From: an uncultured Pedosphaera sp.
GTDB taxonomy: Bacteria > Verrucomicrobiota > Verrucomicrobiia > Limisphaerales > UBA1100
NCBI GenBank assembly: GCA_964533265.1
Contig: CAZHJW010000002.1
Location: forward strand, 1 to 53,943
DNA length: 53,943 nucleotides
Reading direction: 5' to 3'
Shown here: positions 9,538-20,608 of the stretch, piece after piece
Numbering within the stretch: position 1 is the first letter of the stretch
Layout: the number at the start of each line of letters is the position of its first letter
Notes under the pieces: model-generated
Databases searched by the model: none
The model's input: only the letters and a program-made list of their open reading frames with translations
Told to the model about the DNA's origin: nothing
Translations under genes and position numbers: made by a program

Positions 9538-9565
9538 GCAAGCTAGCGGAATTTGAGTAGCTTGC
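9538..9565 (+). promoter_or_regulatory. Stem-loop in the pdxJ leader (8-bp stem, 12-nt loop) ending 4 nt before the GTG start
   Basis: gcaagcta (9538-9545) pairs perfectly with tagcttgc (9558-9565). It lies in the 63-nt comEC/pdxJ divergent spacer. Function is unknown. Confidence 0.3.
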
Positions 9566-9569
9566 GCGG

Positions 9570-10310
9570 GTGCTCAAGCTGGGTGTAAACATTGATCATG
9601 TGGCAACGTTGCGTGAAGTACGTTTTCGTGGTCAAAAAGGTGGCGAACCTTGCCCTGTTGCCGCAGCATTAACGTGTGAAGCTGCCGGGGCTCATGGAAT
9701 TACTGCGCATTTACGCGAGGATCGCAGACACATTCAGGACTCCGATGTGCAAGCATTGCGGCGTGAGATCAACACCCGCCTGAATTTTGAAATGGCCATC
9801 GCTCCAGAAATTGTTCGATTTGCCCTGAAAATAAAACCGGATGTCGTTTGCCTAGTCCCTGAAAAACGTCAGGAGATAACCACCGAGGGAGGATTAGAGG
9901 TCCCCAGACAGCTAACCTCCCTGAAGCGCATTTGCACCCGAATGCGCAAGGCAAAAATAGAGGTGAGTCTATTCATCAACCCCGATATCCAACAAATCGA
10001 TGCTGCAGCTCAAACCGGTGCCCAATTCATTGAGCTGCACACAGGTTCGTACGCAGAACATTTTGGTAATACCCGATCACGGCAGCGGGAACTCAACCGA
10101 CTTATTGCCGCCTCAACACATGCCCATTCACTTGGGTTGCGAGTAAATGCAGGGCACGGGTTGAACTACAATAATCTCTCTTCGCTGCATGTGGTACCTT
10201 ATCTTGAGGAACTAAATATCGGCCACAGTATTGTCAGTCGATCAATTGAGGCAGGCCTAACCAAAGCTGTGAAAGAGATGCTGCAACTAATGAAAGGATA
10301 TCACTCCTAA
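9570..10310 (+). CDS. pdxJ: Pyridoxine 5'-phosphate synthase
   Basis: 246 aa, GTG start. Motifs: LGVNIDHVATLR, HLREDRRHI, ELHTG, NAGHGLNY. The conserved pdxJ-acpS adjacency is present. Confidence 0.95.
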   Translation: MLKLGVNIDHVATLREVRFRGQKGGEPCPVAAALTCEAAGAHGITAHLREDRRHIQDSDVQALRREINTRLNFEMAIAPEIVRFALKIKPDVVCLVPEKRQEITTEGGLEVPRQLTSLKRICTRMRKAKIEVSLFINPDIQQIDAAAQTGAQFIELHTGSYAEHFGNTRSRQRELNRLIAASTHAHSLGLRVNAGHGLNYNNLSSLHVVPYLEELNIGHSIVSRSIEAGLTKAVKEMLQLMKGYHS

Positions 10311-10688
10311 ATGATAATTGGAACGGGCATTGACATCACAGACATCAAACGCATCGACCAAGCACACGGACGCTGGGGCGAAAAGTTTCTTCACAAGTTT
10401 CTTCGTGCTGATGAAATCGAATACTGTTTAAAGCAAAGCAATCCTTCGCCCAGTATTGCAGCTCGATTTTCAGGAAAGGAAGCAGTAAGCAAGGCCTTTG
10501 GCACCGGAATTGGAGGAAAGCTAAACTGGCACGATATCGAAATTGCTCACCATGAACGCAATCGCCCAATCGTGCGATTGCATGGCAAGGCAGACGCGCT
10601 TTTTTCCGAGCTTGGAGGAAAGACCCTACATATCAGTCTCAGTCACAGCGAGGGGCAAGCTGCGGCTTTAGCGGTGCTCGAGGCCTGA
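10311..10688 (+). CDS. acpS: Holo-[acyl-carrier-protein] synthase
   Basis: 125 aa. The ATG immediately follows the pdxJ TAA. Motifs: IGTGIDITDIKRI, FSGKEAVSKAFGTG, HISLSH. Confidence 0.92.
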   Translation: MIIGTGIDITDIKRIDQAHGRWGEKFLHKFLRADEIEYCLKQSNPSPSIAARFSGKEAVSKAFGTGIGGKLNWHDIEIAHHERNRPIVRLHGKADALFSELGGKTLHISLSHSEGQAAALAVLEA

Positions 10689-10689
10689 T

Positions 10690-13455
10690 TCAAGCCTCAT
10701 ATAGAGCTTCAATTACATGCCGAAGCATAGACTCAATAAACTGTTGCCGAGGTTTATCTTCGATTTTCAAGCCTTCCTCATCCGCGAGATAGAAACTGTC
10801 TGACACTCCTCCTTTTGCCGTATTGATGCGCGCAAGTTCAATTGATAAACCCAGTGTGGTTAGCGTATGGGCTACTGCATAAAGAAGTCCGATATGATCC
10901 TCCGCTTCCAAATCAAGTACGGTAAATTCGTCACTAGCATGATTATCAAAAAATATTTGCGTAGGAATACGGTCGCCACTCAGCGAGGTGTATTCCACAG
11001 CTGATTCAGGCAGTTCCGCAAAATCGAGATCGAGATTTGTTTCTGCTTTCAATGCTTCATCCAACCGTTCAGAAAACATTTCCCGTAATCCTGAGTCAGG
11101 CAATCCCCCAGTTCTAGCGTCCGTAAGAAAAAAATGATCAATCACAATAGAATCTTCACGAGTAAAAATCTGTCCACTTAGAATATTGAATCCGCACTCA
11201 GCAAACACTCCTGTCACCCGACTAAACAGCCCTTGTCGATCCCAAGTGCATATACCTACGCTGGAGCACCCTCGGTTCAAATCCCGTTCCCACACAACCG
11301 ATGGCCTCAGCATGCGGTCATTATATAAAATCTGTTGTTCAAAGAATTCGTGTACCAACTCGATATCCCCTGCGATTTCTTTGGCTGGCAATGCCCTAAA
11401 GTAACGCGATGGTAGATTATCAAAATGCGCTTCGATTTCCTCTGAGGGCACTTTTTTACCGAGAACTTTTATGATCTCAGCTTCAATTTCGTCGCGCTGC
11501 TGCTCTTCCACTCGAACCGCCCCAGGATCTCTTCGAAAGAACAAGTGACTCTTCCAATACAAGTCCCACTGAGTAGTTTCTTTGAAACCGTTCCAGAGGT
11601 TGTCAGCTGTTCCTAGTGAATCAGCCAATGTATGCAGCATAAGAAGGTTCAAGTTTTCTTCGGTCTCCATTGTTTCGCCAAACTGCCTGACTACCAACGG
11701 ATCCTCCAAGTCCCGACGTTGGGCGACCTGCACCATTAAGAGATGATGGCGAATTACCAATAATAGGCTTTCTGTTGCCGCCTCATCCAACCCCAAACGG
11801 TCAGCTACATGATCAGCCACACGCTCACTCTCACGTTCGTGATGATCGCTCTCAAATCCCTTGCCCGCATCGTGTAACAAAAGAGCCAAATACAAGGTAG
11901 AAGGCCGAGCAACATCCTCAAACACTTCACGATATTTTATATAAGCATCCCATTTTCCATCCCATAATCCGTCTAGTTTTTCGATACACACAAGTGTGTG
12001 TTCATCCACTGTGTACTGGTGAAAAAACTCATGTTGAACCAAGCATGTAAGCCGCCCGAACTCGGGAAGATATCTGCCCAGAATATCCAACTCATGCATC
12101 CGGCGCAAAACATGCCCCACGGCACCGGGTTGATTCATTATTTCAAGAAACGTCTCGTGCACGTGTGGATCCATGCGTAGTTTCCGATCCATCATCCAAG
12201 CACTGTCGCGAATAAGTTGCGCAAGGTTCGGGTGTAAACGCACGCTGTGGCGCTGTAGGAGAAGAAACACTCGCATAAGCTTGCGAGGCTGATCCTTAAA
12301 CACTCCACGTTTAACATAATTAATTTCGCCGTCAATAACTCGAAAACCGTCAATAACTTGCTCCTTACTTCCACTTACCCAACGCCCAATTGCCTGCTGC
12401 CATCTTGGTCGGGGCACAATGGCTAGCCGTCTCTCAATGGAACGCACAATCAAATCGATATTTCTCGCATGCCGATAATAATCACCCATAAACGCTTCCA
12501 ACCGTTTGGCGGGTGAACGATTTGTATAACCTAACCGCCAAGCCACCTTGGGCTGCACTGCCTTAGTCAGCGCATCCACGGGCCGATCGAGCTGATAGTG
12601 CAACTCATTACGAACACGCAGAAGAAAGGAATAAGCGGCCTCCAATTTTTCCGCGTCAGCTTTGCTGATCTGCTTTTCGGTTTCCAGATCCTCCACAAGC
12701 CTTACACCGCACTTGAAATGCATCATCCACCGTAGGTTTTGATAATCACGAAGCCCTCCACACCCATTCTTAATGTTCGGCTCCTGCATGGCAACTGCAC
12801 CGCCAAATTTCTCACGACGTGCCGCTTGATCCTCAACACGCATGGCTATGTATTTCTCCACGAATCCCTTTACGCACTTGACGTGCACCTGCTTTTCCAT
12901 TTGGACAAACAAAGCCTTATCTCCAATCACCAGCCTTGCTTCAATAAGTGCAGTTTTCGACTGCATATCCTTGTTTGCCTCTAAAACACAATCACGCACT
13001 CGCCGTACCGAATGACCAATCTTGAGCCCGAGATCCCAGAGCAGATAAAGAACGGTATCGATCACACTCTGTAAATACACGTCTGGTTTAGGCCCACTCA
13101 ACAAGCGATCTTCACAAAGGAACTGAATGTCAATGTCGCTATACGGGTTGAGTTCAGCTCGCCCATAACCACCAATGGCTACCACTGCCATTGCCGGCAA
13201 CGTCCCATCCCCTTGTTTTGGCGCAACTTGAACCGCTGCTTCAAAGAGGTGCTGGATGACAGCATCAATGATCGCTGCACGAACATGACATACTTCGCGG
13301 CCCAATCCGCCTTCTTGGTGTAGTTTTTTTAGACGACTCTCTTCTCCCTTGAGATAACGTTTGAACCGGGGCAATTCCTTGGACGGCAGAGTATCCTCAG
13401 GCATAGTCAATTGCTCTGCCGCGCGCGCCTGTACTTCTTCCGTCAATGATGCCAC
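10690..13455 (-). CDS. glnD: [Protein-PII] uridylyltransferase / uridylyl-removing enzyme
   Basis: 921 aa (GTG start, exact start uncertain). It has the nucleotidyltransferase block AIGGYGRAELNPYSDIDIQFL, the HD domain LLLHDAGKG, and two C-terminal ACT-like regions. Confidence 0.9.
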   Translation of the reverse strand: MASLTEEVQARAAEQLTMPEDTLPSKELPRFKRYLKGEESRLKKLHQEGGLGREVCHVRAAIIDAVIQHLFEAAVQVAPKQGDGTLPAMAVVAIGGYGRAELNPYSDIDIQFLCEDRLLSGPKPDVYLQSVIDTVLYLLWDLGLKIGHSVRRVRDCVLEANKDMQSKTALIEARLVIGDKALFVQMEKQVHVKCVKGFVEKYIAMRVEDQAARREKFGGAVAMQEPNIKNGCGGLRDYQNLRWMMHFKCGVRLVEDLETEKQISKADAEKLEAAYSFLLRVRNELHYQLDRPVDALTKAVQPKVAWRLGYTNRSPAKRLEAFMGDYYRHARNIDLIVRSIERRLAIVPRPRWQQAIGRWVSGSKEQVIDGFRVIDGEINYVKRGVFKDQPRKLMRVFLLLQRHSVRLHPNLAQLIRDSAWMMDRKLRMDPHVHETFLEIMNQPGAVGHVLRRMHELDILGRYLPEFGRLTCLVQHEFFHQYTVDEHTLVCIEKLDGLWDGKWDAYIKYREVFEDVARPSTLYLALLLHDAGKGFESDHHERESERVADHVADRLGLDEAATESLLLVIRHHLLMVQVAQRRDLEDPLVVRQFGETMETEENLNLLMLHTLADSLGTADNLWNGFKETTQWDLYWKSHLFFRRDPGAVRVEEQQRDEIEAEIIKVLGKKVPSEEIEAHFDNLPSRYFRALPAKEIAGDIELVHEFFEQQILYNDRMLRPSVVWERDLNRGCSSVGICTWDRQGLFSRVTGVFAECGFNILSGQIFTREDSIVIDHFFLTDARTGGLPDSGLREMFSERLDEALKAETNLDLDFAELPESAVEYTSLSGDRIPTQIFFDNHASDEFTVLDLEAEDHIGLLYAVAHTLTTLGLSIELARINTAKGGVSDSFYLADEEGLKIEDKPRQQFIESMLRHVIEALYEA

Positions 13456-13506
13456 ATCGCGTGGTTACCGCAAAACAGGCCTGATCAAAAGCCAAATAAG
13501 CCGGGC

Positions 13507-14331
13507 TTGCCTGTTTACCTCCTCAAACCCTACCGTACCTGCGTGCATCCGGTTGCCTTTGATCTCAGCGGACTCACCGTTCATTGGTACGGTATCCTTT
13601 TGGCAACAGGTTTTATGGTTGGCATGTGGACCGCGGGAAGGCGCGGCATGAAGATCGGCCTGAGCCCTGAAGATATTTCCAACCTGATGTTGTGGATATT
13701 TATCGGTGGGATAGCTGGTGCCAAGCTACTCTTTGTGATCAACCACTGGAACGGGCAGGAACCGATCAAGGCCCTCATACTGCAACGTTCAGGCATGGTC
13801 TTTCATGGCGCATTATTTGGAACCGCCATTGCCGTATGGCTTTTTACTCGTAAAACCAAAATGCCCCTCTGGGCCACATTGGATACTCTTGCCCCAAGTT
13901 TCGCTCTTGGTCATGCCTTTGGCCGCATCGGTTGCTTTATGACTGGCTGCTGTTACGGTCGCGCATGCGACTTGCCTTGGGCAGTGCAATTCCCTGAAAG
14001 CCATAGCACACACCCAATCCATGTACATCCCACTCAGATTTATGAAAGCCTACTAAACCTTGCGCTTTATGGTATCCTCGCGTGGCTCTTTCGGAACCGG
14101 AAATTCAATGGCCAGGTGTTTGCCGGTTACCTAATGGCCTACGCCGTCGTACGATTCGGCATGGAGTTCCTACGAGACGACGGTCGTGGTCGACTGTGGT
14201 TCGACACACTAAGCTCCGGACAGGGGATCAGTTTAATTCTATTAACAGGGGGCGTGGTGATGTGGCGATTGCTAACCGACCGCGAGAGACTTGAACCCCA
14301 GACCATGGAAGAGCCTGAAGAAACCGCATGA
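13507..14331 (+). CDS. lgt: Prolipoprotein diacylglyceryl transferase
   Basis: 274 aa. Motifs: HWYGILLATGFMVG and the Lgt signature GRIGCFMTGCCYG. The start is uncertain (TTG 13507 or GTG 13543). The stop overlaps the rluD ATG (ATGA at 14328-14331). Confidence 0.9.
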   Translation: MPVYLLKPYRTCVHPVAFDLSGLTVHWYGILLATGFMVGMWTAGRRGMKIGLSPEDISNLMLWIFIGGIAGAKLLFVINHWNGQEPIKALILQRSGMVFHGALFGTAIAVWLFTRKTKMPLWATLDTLAPSFALGHAFGRIGCFMTGCCYGRACDLPWAVQFPESHSTHPIHVHPTQIYESLLNLALYGILAWLFRNRKFNGQVFAGYLMAYAVVRFGMEFLRDDGRGRLWFDTLSSGQGISLILLTGGVVMWRLLTDRERLEPQTMEEPEETA

Positions 14332-15266
14332 ACCGCCGTGAGACACTGCGGGTGGAAATTTCACAACCCAAAGTACGGTTGGACAAGTTCCTTCAAAAAA
14401 AGTTTTCAGATATATCACGCGGCACATTCCAACGCTTAATTCAGGATGGAAATGTACTAGTGGATGGTAAAAGAACCAAGACCACCCATCATCCCAAGGC
14501 CTATGAAGAAATCATAATCACATGGCCAAACCCGCAGCCTTCCGAAGTCCTATCCGAGAATATTCCATTGGAAATTCTCTTTGAGGACGAGTGCCTGTTG
14601 GTCATCAACAAGCCCCCCGGAATCGTCGTGCATCCCGCTGCAGGACACACACACGGAACTCTGGTTAATGCCTTGCTTCACCATTGCGCCGGAGAACTTA
14701 GTGGAGTGGGTGGCGTAGCGCGCCCGGGGATTGTTCATCGACTGGACAAGGATACCAGTGGTTGTCTGGTGGTGGCCAAGCACGATTCAGCGCATCTTGG
14801 ACTTTCAGAACAGTTTGCCAAACGAGAAATCACCAAGGTTTACCAGGCCTTAGTGTGCGGACAACCGCAAAAGGAGCAGATAACTGTGAAGACTCCAATT
14901 GCACGACATCCGGTCCATCGAAAGAAAATGGCAATTGCGGAAAACGGCAGATCCGCACATACCGATTTCCTCACCCTGGAGATATTGAATGAGTCCGCCC
15001 TAGTTGAAGCTAAATTACATACAGGCAGAACCCACCAAATTCGTGTACACCTTCAACATCTGGGATACCCACTAATCGGTGATAAAGTCTATGGCGGAAG
15101 ACCGGCACGGGTGTTCTCTCAAACCACCGGCTATAATGCCACGAGACAGATGCTCCATGCTTCAGAATTGGGTTTCACCCATCCTCATTCTGGGGAAACC
15201 ATCCTTGCAAAAGCCCCGTTACCAGCCGACTTCGTAGACGCAACGAATTATCTCAAGATTCGTTGA
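14328..15266 (+). CDS. rluD: 23S rRNA pseudouridine synthase, RluA family (RluD-like)
   Basis: 312 aa. It has an S4-like N-terminus (RLDKFLQKKF...LIQDGNVLVDGK), the catalytic HRLDKDTSG motif, and GRTHQIRVH. Confidence 0.88.
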   Translation: MNRRETLRVEISQPKVRLDKFLQKKFSDISRGTFQRLIQDGNVLVDGKRTKTTHHPKAYEEIIITWPNPQPSEVLSENIPLEILFEDECLLVINKPPGIVVHPAAGHTHGTLVNALLHHCAGELSGVGGVARPGIVHRLDKDTSGCLVVAKHDSAHLGLSEQFAKREITKVYQALVCGQPQKEQITVKTPIARHPVHRKKMAIAENGRSAHTDFLTLEILNESALVEAKLHTGRTHQIRVHLQHLGYPLIGDKVYGGRPARVFSQTTGYNATRQMLHASELGFTHPHSGETILAKAPLPADFVDATNYLKIR

Positions 15267-15335
15267 AAATGGATTAATTTACCCTTTTTCTCCTTTAACA
15301 GCCTCATTGCCTACGTTAGTCTGCGCGGCTCATTT

Positions 15336-16568
15336 ATGGCGAAACTTTCCGTTAATGATCTAGATTTACAGGGTAAACGTGTACTTACCCGTGTAGACTA
15401 CAACGTCCCCATGGCCGAACAGGACGGGGCGATGGTCATCAACGATGACACGCGAATACGAGCCACCCTTCCAACTCTCAAGGTCATGATTGAGAAAGGA
15501 GCGAAAATCATTCTCGCGGCACACCTTGGCCGGCCAAAGGGTGAACGTGTAGACTCCATGAGCCTGCAACCGGTAGCTGAAAAACTCTCTGAACTAATCG
15601 GCCAAACAGTAGCCTTTTGCGACCAGTGCGTGGGGGATACGGTCACTGAAGCCGTGGCTCAACTGGAAGAGGGTGACCTACTTCTACTGGAAAACGTCCG
15701 ATATCATCCGGAGGAAGAAGCCAATGAGACTGCATTTGCAGAGCAACTTGCGGCTAATGCCGACATATATGTGAATGACGCTTTTGGGACAGCCCACCGC
15801 GCGCACGCATCAACTGCCGGCGTTGCCACAGTTGTGGCAGGACGTGGAGGCCAATGCGCTGCAGGTCTATTAATGGAGCGTGAACTACAGTTTCTGGGCG
15901 ACGAACTGGAGTCTCCGGAGAATCCATTTGTCGTTATTCTTGGCGGCGCCAAGGTCTCAGATAAAATAAAGGTGATTGACCGACTCTTGGAAAAAGCTGA
16001 CACAATTATTATCGGCGGGGCGATGGCCTACACATTTAAACTTGCTAAAGGGTTCACGGTCGGCAAATCGCTGGTGGAACCAGACAAGATCGACGTTGCC
16101 CAAGCCGCGCTCGATAAGGCGACTGAACGTAGCGTCCAGTTTTTACTCCCAACCGATAATATTGTAGCCGAACCAACCGAAATCGAGGGGAAATTCGCCT
16201 TTGGTGACTACCGGGTAAACGACAATGAGAACATTCCGGATAACATGGAAGGAGTAGACATCGGCCCCAAATCCGCTGAAGTCTTTAGCGAGGCCATCAT
16301 AGGAGCCAAAACAATCCTATGGAATGGCCCCATGGGCATCTTTGAGGATTCCCGTTTTGCTGAGGGCACCTACAACGTGGCCAAAGCCGTTTGCGAGGCA
16401 ACAGACAACGGTGCAATAAGCATCATCGGCGGAGGCGATAGCGTAAAGGCTTTGAACAAAGCTGGTCTAGGAGAACAGGTCACCTTTATGAGCACCGGTG
16501 GCGGTGCAAGCCTCGAATTTCTTGAAGGCAATGAACTCCCCGGGGTAACCGCTCTCACCAATAAATAA
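15336..16568 (+). CDS. pgk: Phosphoglycerate kinase
   Basis: 410 aa. Motifs: [46 protein letters not shown]. Confidence 0.97.
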   Translation: MAKLSVNDLDLQGKRVLTRVDYNVPMAEQDGAMVINDDTRIRATLPTLKVMIEKGAKIILAAHLGRPKGERVDSMSLQPVAEKLSELIGQTVAFCDQCVGDTVTEAVAQLEEGDLLLLENVRYHPEEEANETAFAEQLAANADIYVNDAFGTAHRAHASTAGVATVVAGRGGQCAAGLLMERELQFLGDELESPENPFVVILGGAKVSDKIKVIDRLLEKADTIIIGGAMAYTFKLAKGFTVGKSLVEPDKIDVAQAALDKATERSVQFLLPTDNIVAEPTEIEGKFAFGDYRVNDNENIPDNMEGVDIGPKSAEVFSEAIIGAKTILWNGPMGIFEDSRFAEGTYNVAKAVCEATDNGAISIIGGGDSVKALNKAGLGEQVTFMSTGGGASLEFLEGNELPGVTALTNK

Positions 16569-16575
16569 TTTTAGA

Positions 16576-17343
16576 ATGGACAAAGAACGCAAACTAATCG
16601 TTGCCGGCAACTGGAAGATGAATAAAACTGTTGCTGAAGCGGTAGCTCTAGTGGAAACACTGGACCAGAACTTGGGTGGGCAAACTGATGTAGACGTGGT
16701 GGTATGCCCTCCCTTTACCGCACTGGATGCGGTATCCGTAAAACTCAAGAATAGCCTGATCAAAGTCGGCGCCCAGAACATGAGCGAATTTGATTATGGT
16801 GCGTTTACCGGTGAGATCAATGCGGGGATGCTGCGCGATTTACTCGTACACTATGTTATATTGGGACACTCTGAACGTCGTGAGTACCAACAGGAATCAG
16901 ATACACTTGTCAGTGCCAAGACCAAGGCTGCTCATGCCGCGGGCTTAAAGCCGATTGTCTGTGTAGGAGAAACACTCACCCAACGTGAATCCAATGAAAC
17001 TGAAACCGTGATCGGTCGACAGGTAGAAGGCAGCCTAGCAGGGCTGGATACAGAGCAAATGAAAGACACAGTGATTGCCTATGAACCGGTTTGGGCGATT
17101 GGCACGGGGAAAACTGCCACCACAGAACAGGCTCAACAAGTTCATGCCTTTATCCGCGGAAAAATCGGGGAAATCCACGGCCTCGAAGTCGCTCAGGCCG
17201 TCCGGATTCAGTATGGAGGCAGCGTAAAACCGGCCAACGCGCAGGAACTCCTCTCCCAACCGGATGTAGACGGGGCCCTAGTTGGTGGAGCCAGCCTTGA
17301 AGATCGCAGTTTTTCTGATATTATTAACAGCACACGAAATTAG
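16576..17343 (+). CDS. tpiA: Triosephosphate isomerase
   Basis: 255 aa. Motifs: AGNWKMN, ILGHSERR, YEPVWAIGTG, GGASL. The classic pgk-tpiA-secG order is present. Confidence 0.97.
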   Translation: MDKERKLIVAGNWKMNKTVAEAVALVETLDQNLGGQTDVDVVVCPPFTALDAVSVKLKNSLIKVGAQNMSEFDYGAFTGEINAGMLRDLLVHYVILGHSERREYQQESDTLVSAKTKAAHAAGLKPIVCVGETLTQRESNETETVIGRQVEGSLAGLDTEQMKDTVIAYEPVWAIGTGKTATTEQAQQVHAFIRGKIGEIHGLEVAQAVRIQYGGSVKPANAQELLSQPDVDGALVGGASLEDRSFSDIINSTRN

Positions 17344-17352
17344 ACAAATATT

Positions 17353-17718
17353 ATGGATCTCCTGAATAATCTTCTTACTGTGATACTGTTTCTTAACAGC
17401 CTCTTCCTAATCCTGCTGGTTCTGGTGCAACTACCTAAGAAAGAAGCGGGATTGGGCACCGCCTTTGGCGGGGGAGCAACGGACGCCCTCTTCGGGGCAG
17501 GGGCAGGCAATGTCCTCACCAAACTTACCAAATGGAACGCCATAATTTTTCTTCTCTTGTGCCTACTATTATCTCTGGATTTCATGCGCCCGAAGGATCT
17601 TAGTGAAACACTTGGACAGAATGATGCGGCAATCGAAAAAACTCCCGCATCTCCGGACCTCAATGGAACACAAAATAAATCGGGCAAACCCGATCCGGAA
17701 AAGAAAAAGAACGATTAA
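17353..17718 (+). CDS. secG: Preprotein translocase subunit SecG
   Basis: 121 aa. It has two hydrophobic helices flanking a Gly-rich loop (GLGTAFGGGATDALFGAGAGNVLTKLTKW). Its position after tpiA is typical. The stop shares a TTAA with the convergent ABC ATPase gene. Confidence 0.85.
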   Translation: MDLLNNLLTVILFLNSLFLILLVLVQLPKKEAGLGTAFGGGATDALFGAGAGNVLTKLTKWNAIIFLLLCLLLSLDFMRPKDLSETLGQNDAAIEKTPASPDLNGTQNKSGKPDPEKKKND

Positions 17719-19466
17719 GGGTTTCCGGATATCCGGTCTCGGATAAATTCAACGCTGTCACGCGGGATAGCATCAATAAGACGACGAGTGTATTCCTCTT
17801 CGGGATTAGCATAGATTGCCTCCGCTTCCCCCTGTTCTGCAATTTTTCCACCTTCCATTACAGCCATGGTGTCCGCCATAAACTTCACCACGCTAAGATC
17901 ATGGCTTATAAAGATATAGGTTAGCCCACGCCGAACCTGAAGTTCCTTAAGTAAATTCAATACCTGAGCCTGCACTGACACATCCATAGCGCTAACCGCT
18001 TCATCACATATGATAAATTCAGGCTCTAGAGCCAAAGCTCGGGCCACACAAACACGCTGACGTTGGCCTCCTGAAAACTCGTGAGGATAACGGCTCAGGA
18101 AGTGTGCTTCCAAATCGACTTCCTCCAGCAGCGAGACAACCCGATCCCGACGATCTTCCTTGGAACCAATACGATGAACCGCCAATGGTTCGGAAAGTGC
18201 CTGCTCAATTGTAAGGCGCGGATTTAGTGACGAATACGGATCCTGAAAGATTATCTGCATTCGTTTACGCAAAGGAAGCATCGCCTTGGAGTCCTTCCCA
18301 GAAATTTCCTCGCCCGAAAACTTCACCGATCCGCTGGTAGGTTTAACCAGATTTAATATTGCCCTACCTGTCGTTGTCTTCCCGCATCCTGACTCACCAA
18401 CCAATCCCAAGGTGCTACCACGTGGCACAGAGAAACTGATGCCATCCACTGCCTTTACCCAACCTTCCGGACCAGAGAAAAACCCCTGACGCTCCGGGAA
18501 ATGGACGCAGAGATCTTTGACTTCAAGGATAACATCCATTTCATCGATCTTAGGCGTTAAAATTTGCTGCATATCTTCAATACGGGCGTTCGCATCGGGT
18601 TTCTCCTTTAACTCCAACCGCCCATTCACATCCGTTTCATCCAGAAAATCGGAAACCGTAGGGAGCACTTTAAAGGTCGATTCAAGACGAGGACGACACG
18701 CCAAAAGCCCCTTGGTATAAGGGTGTTTTGGATTCTCGAATATTTGCAATACCTCTCCCTGCTCTACAATCTTTCCGCGATACATAACAATCACCTGATT
18801 CGCCAATTCGGCAATCACACCCAAATCATGGGTGATAAAGATCACCGATACACCAAGATCATCCTGAAGCTCCTTTAACAATCCAAGTATCTGCGCCTGT
18901 ACGGTCACATCTAAAGCTGTAGTCGGCTCATCGGCAATCAGCACCTCTGGCTTCGTAATCAGAGCCATGGCAATCATTACCCGCTGGCGCATACCTCCTG
19001 AAAATTCGTGAGGGTAGGAATGAATACGTTTCTCTGCGTCCACTATCCCTACATTCTCCAACATTTTGACTGCTCGCGGTAACGCCTCTTGGCTGCTGAT
19101 ATTATCGTGAATAATGAGAGGCTCGATAAGTTGCTCGGATATGCGCAAATAAGGGTTCAATGAAGTCATCGGATCCTGAAAAATCATCGCGATCCGTTTC
19201 CCCCGCAATGTCCGCAGAAATCGCTCATCTTCTGTCAGAAGGTCGGTATCATCAAATTTTGCAACGCCATCCTCTATCTTCCCTGGAGGTTGAGGTACCA
19301 ACCCCATCAAAGAATGCACGGTTACCGATTTACCCGAACCCGATTCACCCACAATACCCAATACTTCTCCTTTCTTCAGACTGAAGGAAATATCGTCTAC
19401 CGCCTTTACCACCCCATTACGGGTGTGGAAGTAAGTTTTAAGATTGTCAACCGTTATGAAAGACAT
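17715..19466 (-). CDS. Fused double ABC ATPase of a peptide importer (YejF/OppDF-like)
   Basis: 583 aa with two cassettes. Walker A: GESGSGKS and GESGCGKT. Signatures: FSGGMRQR and FSGGQRQR. Walker B: [11 protein letters not shown] and [11 protein letters not shown]. Confidence 0.9.
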   Translation of the reverse strand: MSFITVDNLKTYFHTRNGVVKAVDDISFSLKKGEVLGIVGESGSGKSVTVHSLMGLVPQPPGKIEDGVAKFDDTDLLTEDERFLRTLRGKRIAMIFQDPMTSLNPYLRISEQLIEPLIIHDNISSQEALPRAVKMLENVGIVDAEKRIHSYPHEFSGGMRQRVMIAMALITKPEVLIADEPTTALDVTVQAQILGLLKELQDDLGVSVIFITHDLGVIAELANQVIVMYRGKIVEQGEVLQIFENPKHPYTKGLLACRPRLESTFKVLPTVSDFLDETDVNGRLELKEKPDANARIEDMQQILTPKIDEMDVILEVKDLCVHFPERQGFFSGPEGWVKAVDGISFSVPRGSTLGLVGESGCGKTTTGRAILNLVKPTSGSVKFSGEEISGKDSKAMLPLRKRMQIIFQDPYSSLNPRLTIEQALSEPLAVHRIGSKEDRRDRVVSLLEEVDLEAHFLSRYPHEFSGGQRQRVCVARALALEPEFIICDEAVSAMDVSVQAQVLNLLKELQVRRGLTYIFISHDLSVVKFMADTMAVMEGGKIAEQGEAEAIYANPEEEYTRRLIDAIPRDSVEFIRDRISGNP

Positions 19467-19468
19467 TG

Positions 19469-20608
19469 TTAATCCTTTGAAACCCGAACATCCAGTGCAT
19501 CCCGTAGTCCGTCACCCAAAAAATTCAGTGAGAAGAGCGTCATGGCCAAAATCATTCCAGGGAAAAGCATCAACCATGGAAACTCCTCCAAAACTTTGGA
19601 GCCATCCCGGATCAGCAATCCCCAGGAACTCATCGGCGGCTGTACGCCAAGACCAAGAAAACTGAGAAAAGCCTCCAGCAACATTACCACTGGAATAGTC
19701 AGTGTAGTGTAAACAATAACAGTTCCCAGACAATTGGGAATGATATGGCGCAATACGATTCGCCATTGGGGGATACCCAGGGCAATCGCAGCTTCAACAA
19801 ACTCCTGTTTCCTCAGCGAAAGTACCTGCCCACGAACAATACGGGACATAGTCAGCCATTCCACAGCTCCAATGGCCAAGAATAGGTTCCAAATATTCCG
19901 ATCAAAAATGACGGTTAAAAGAATTACAAAAATTGTGAAGGGTAATGCATAGAGAATATCGACAAATCGCATCATTAAATCATCCACCCGCCCACCAAAA
20001 AATCCAGCCACTGCACCGAAGAGAACACCGATGGTGAGTGAAACTGCTGTTGCACAGAGCCCAACCATAAGAGAAATTCGGCCACCATAAAGGATGCGGG
20101 TAAAGAGATCGCGGCCAAGCTCATCGGTTCCAAGCAAATGACCTCGAGATTCCAATAATATAAAATTAGCTCTCTTTGGGTTTTCTTCGAGAGCTTCAAA
20201 CCCTTTCGAGGTAACAACCATTGCCATTAAGTTTGTGTCCCCCGAAGCGGAAGCAATCCAAACGGCATTACCGTAGTCTGCTGCATCAATGGTCCGATGC
20301 AACTCAGCCCAATCAGTGGGTAATAAGCCAATTTTCCCTTCATACCCTTCCGCCAAAACCCGAGCTCGCTCCTGAGTGCAGGTGCCATACACCAGCTGTC
20401 GAGTTTCCCATTCTAGTTGGGGCTCACTGGCTCCAAGTTCTAAATTTTGAGTTTCATACTTATAGGGGGCGATCCATGGGGCAAAGAGGGAGAGTAAACC
20501 TAAAGTTAACAAAACCGCTCCTCCAATGACCGCCATGCGGTTACGACTTAGACGAATCCACGCATCTTTCCAGAGTGAACTGGGGCTTTGCACGACGACT
20601 CTACTCAT
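19469..20608 (-). CDS. Peptide ABC transporter permease (YejE/OppC-like)
   Basis: ORF 19469-20635. ATG 20608 gives an ATGA overlap with the upstream permease stop. It has an OppC-type N-terminus, LLGTDELGRDLFTRILYG, and the EAA loop EAAIALGIPQWRIVLRHIIPN. There is an unusually long loop after TM1. Confidence 0.88.
   Translation of the reverse strand: MSRVVVQSPSSLWKDAWIRLSRNRMAVIGGAVLLTLGLLSLFAPWIAPYKYETQNLELGASEPQLEWETRQLVYGTCTQERARVLAEGYEGKIGLLPTDWAELHRTIDAADYGNAVWIASASGDTNLMAMVVTSKGFEALEENPKRANFILLESRGHLLGTDELGRDLFTRILYGGRISLMVGLCATAVSLTIGVLFGAVAGFFGGRVDDLMMRFVDILYALPFTIFVILLTVIFDRNIWNLFLAIGAVEWLTMSRIVRGQVLSLRKQEFVEAAIALGIPQWRIVLRHIIPNCLGTVIVYTTLTIPVVMLLEAFLSFLGLGVQPPMSSWGLLIRDGSKVLEEFPWLMLFPGMILAMTLFSLNFLGDGLRDALDVRVSKD

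Noticed and set aside
17725-17736. 12-nt perfect palindrome ccggatatccgg just past the secG stop
   Set aside because: It lies inside the C-terminal codons of the convergent ABC ATPase. It cannot form a hairpin with a viable loop beyond a 4-bp stem. It is probably incidental.
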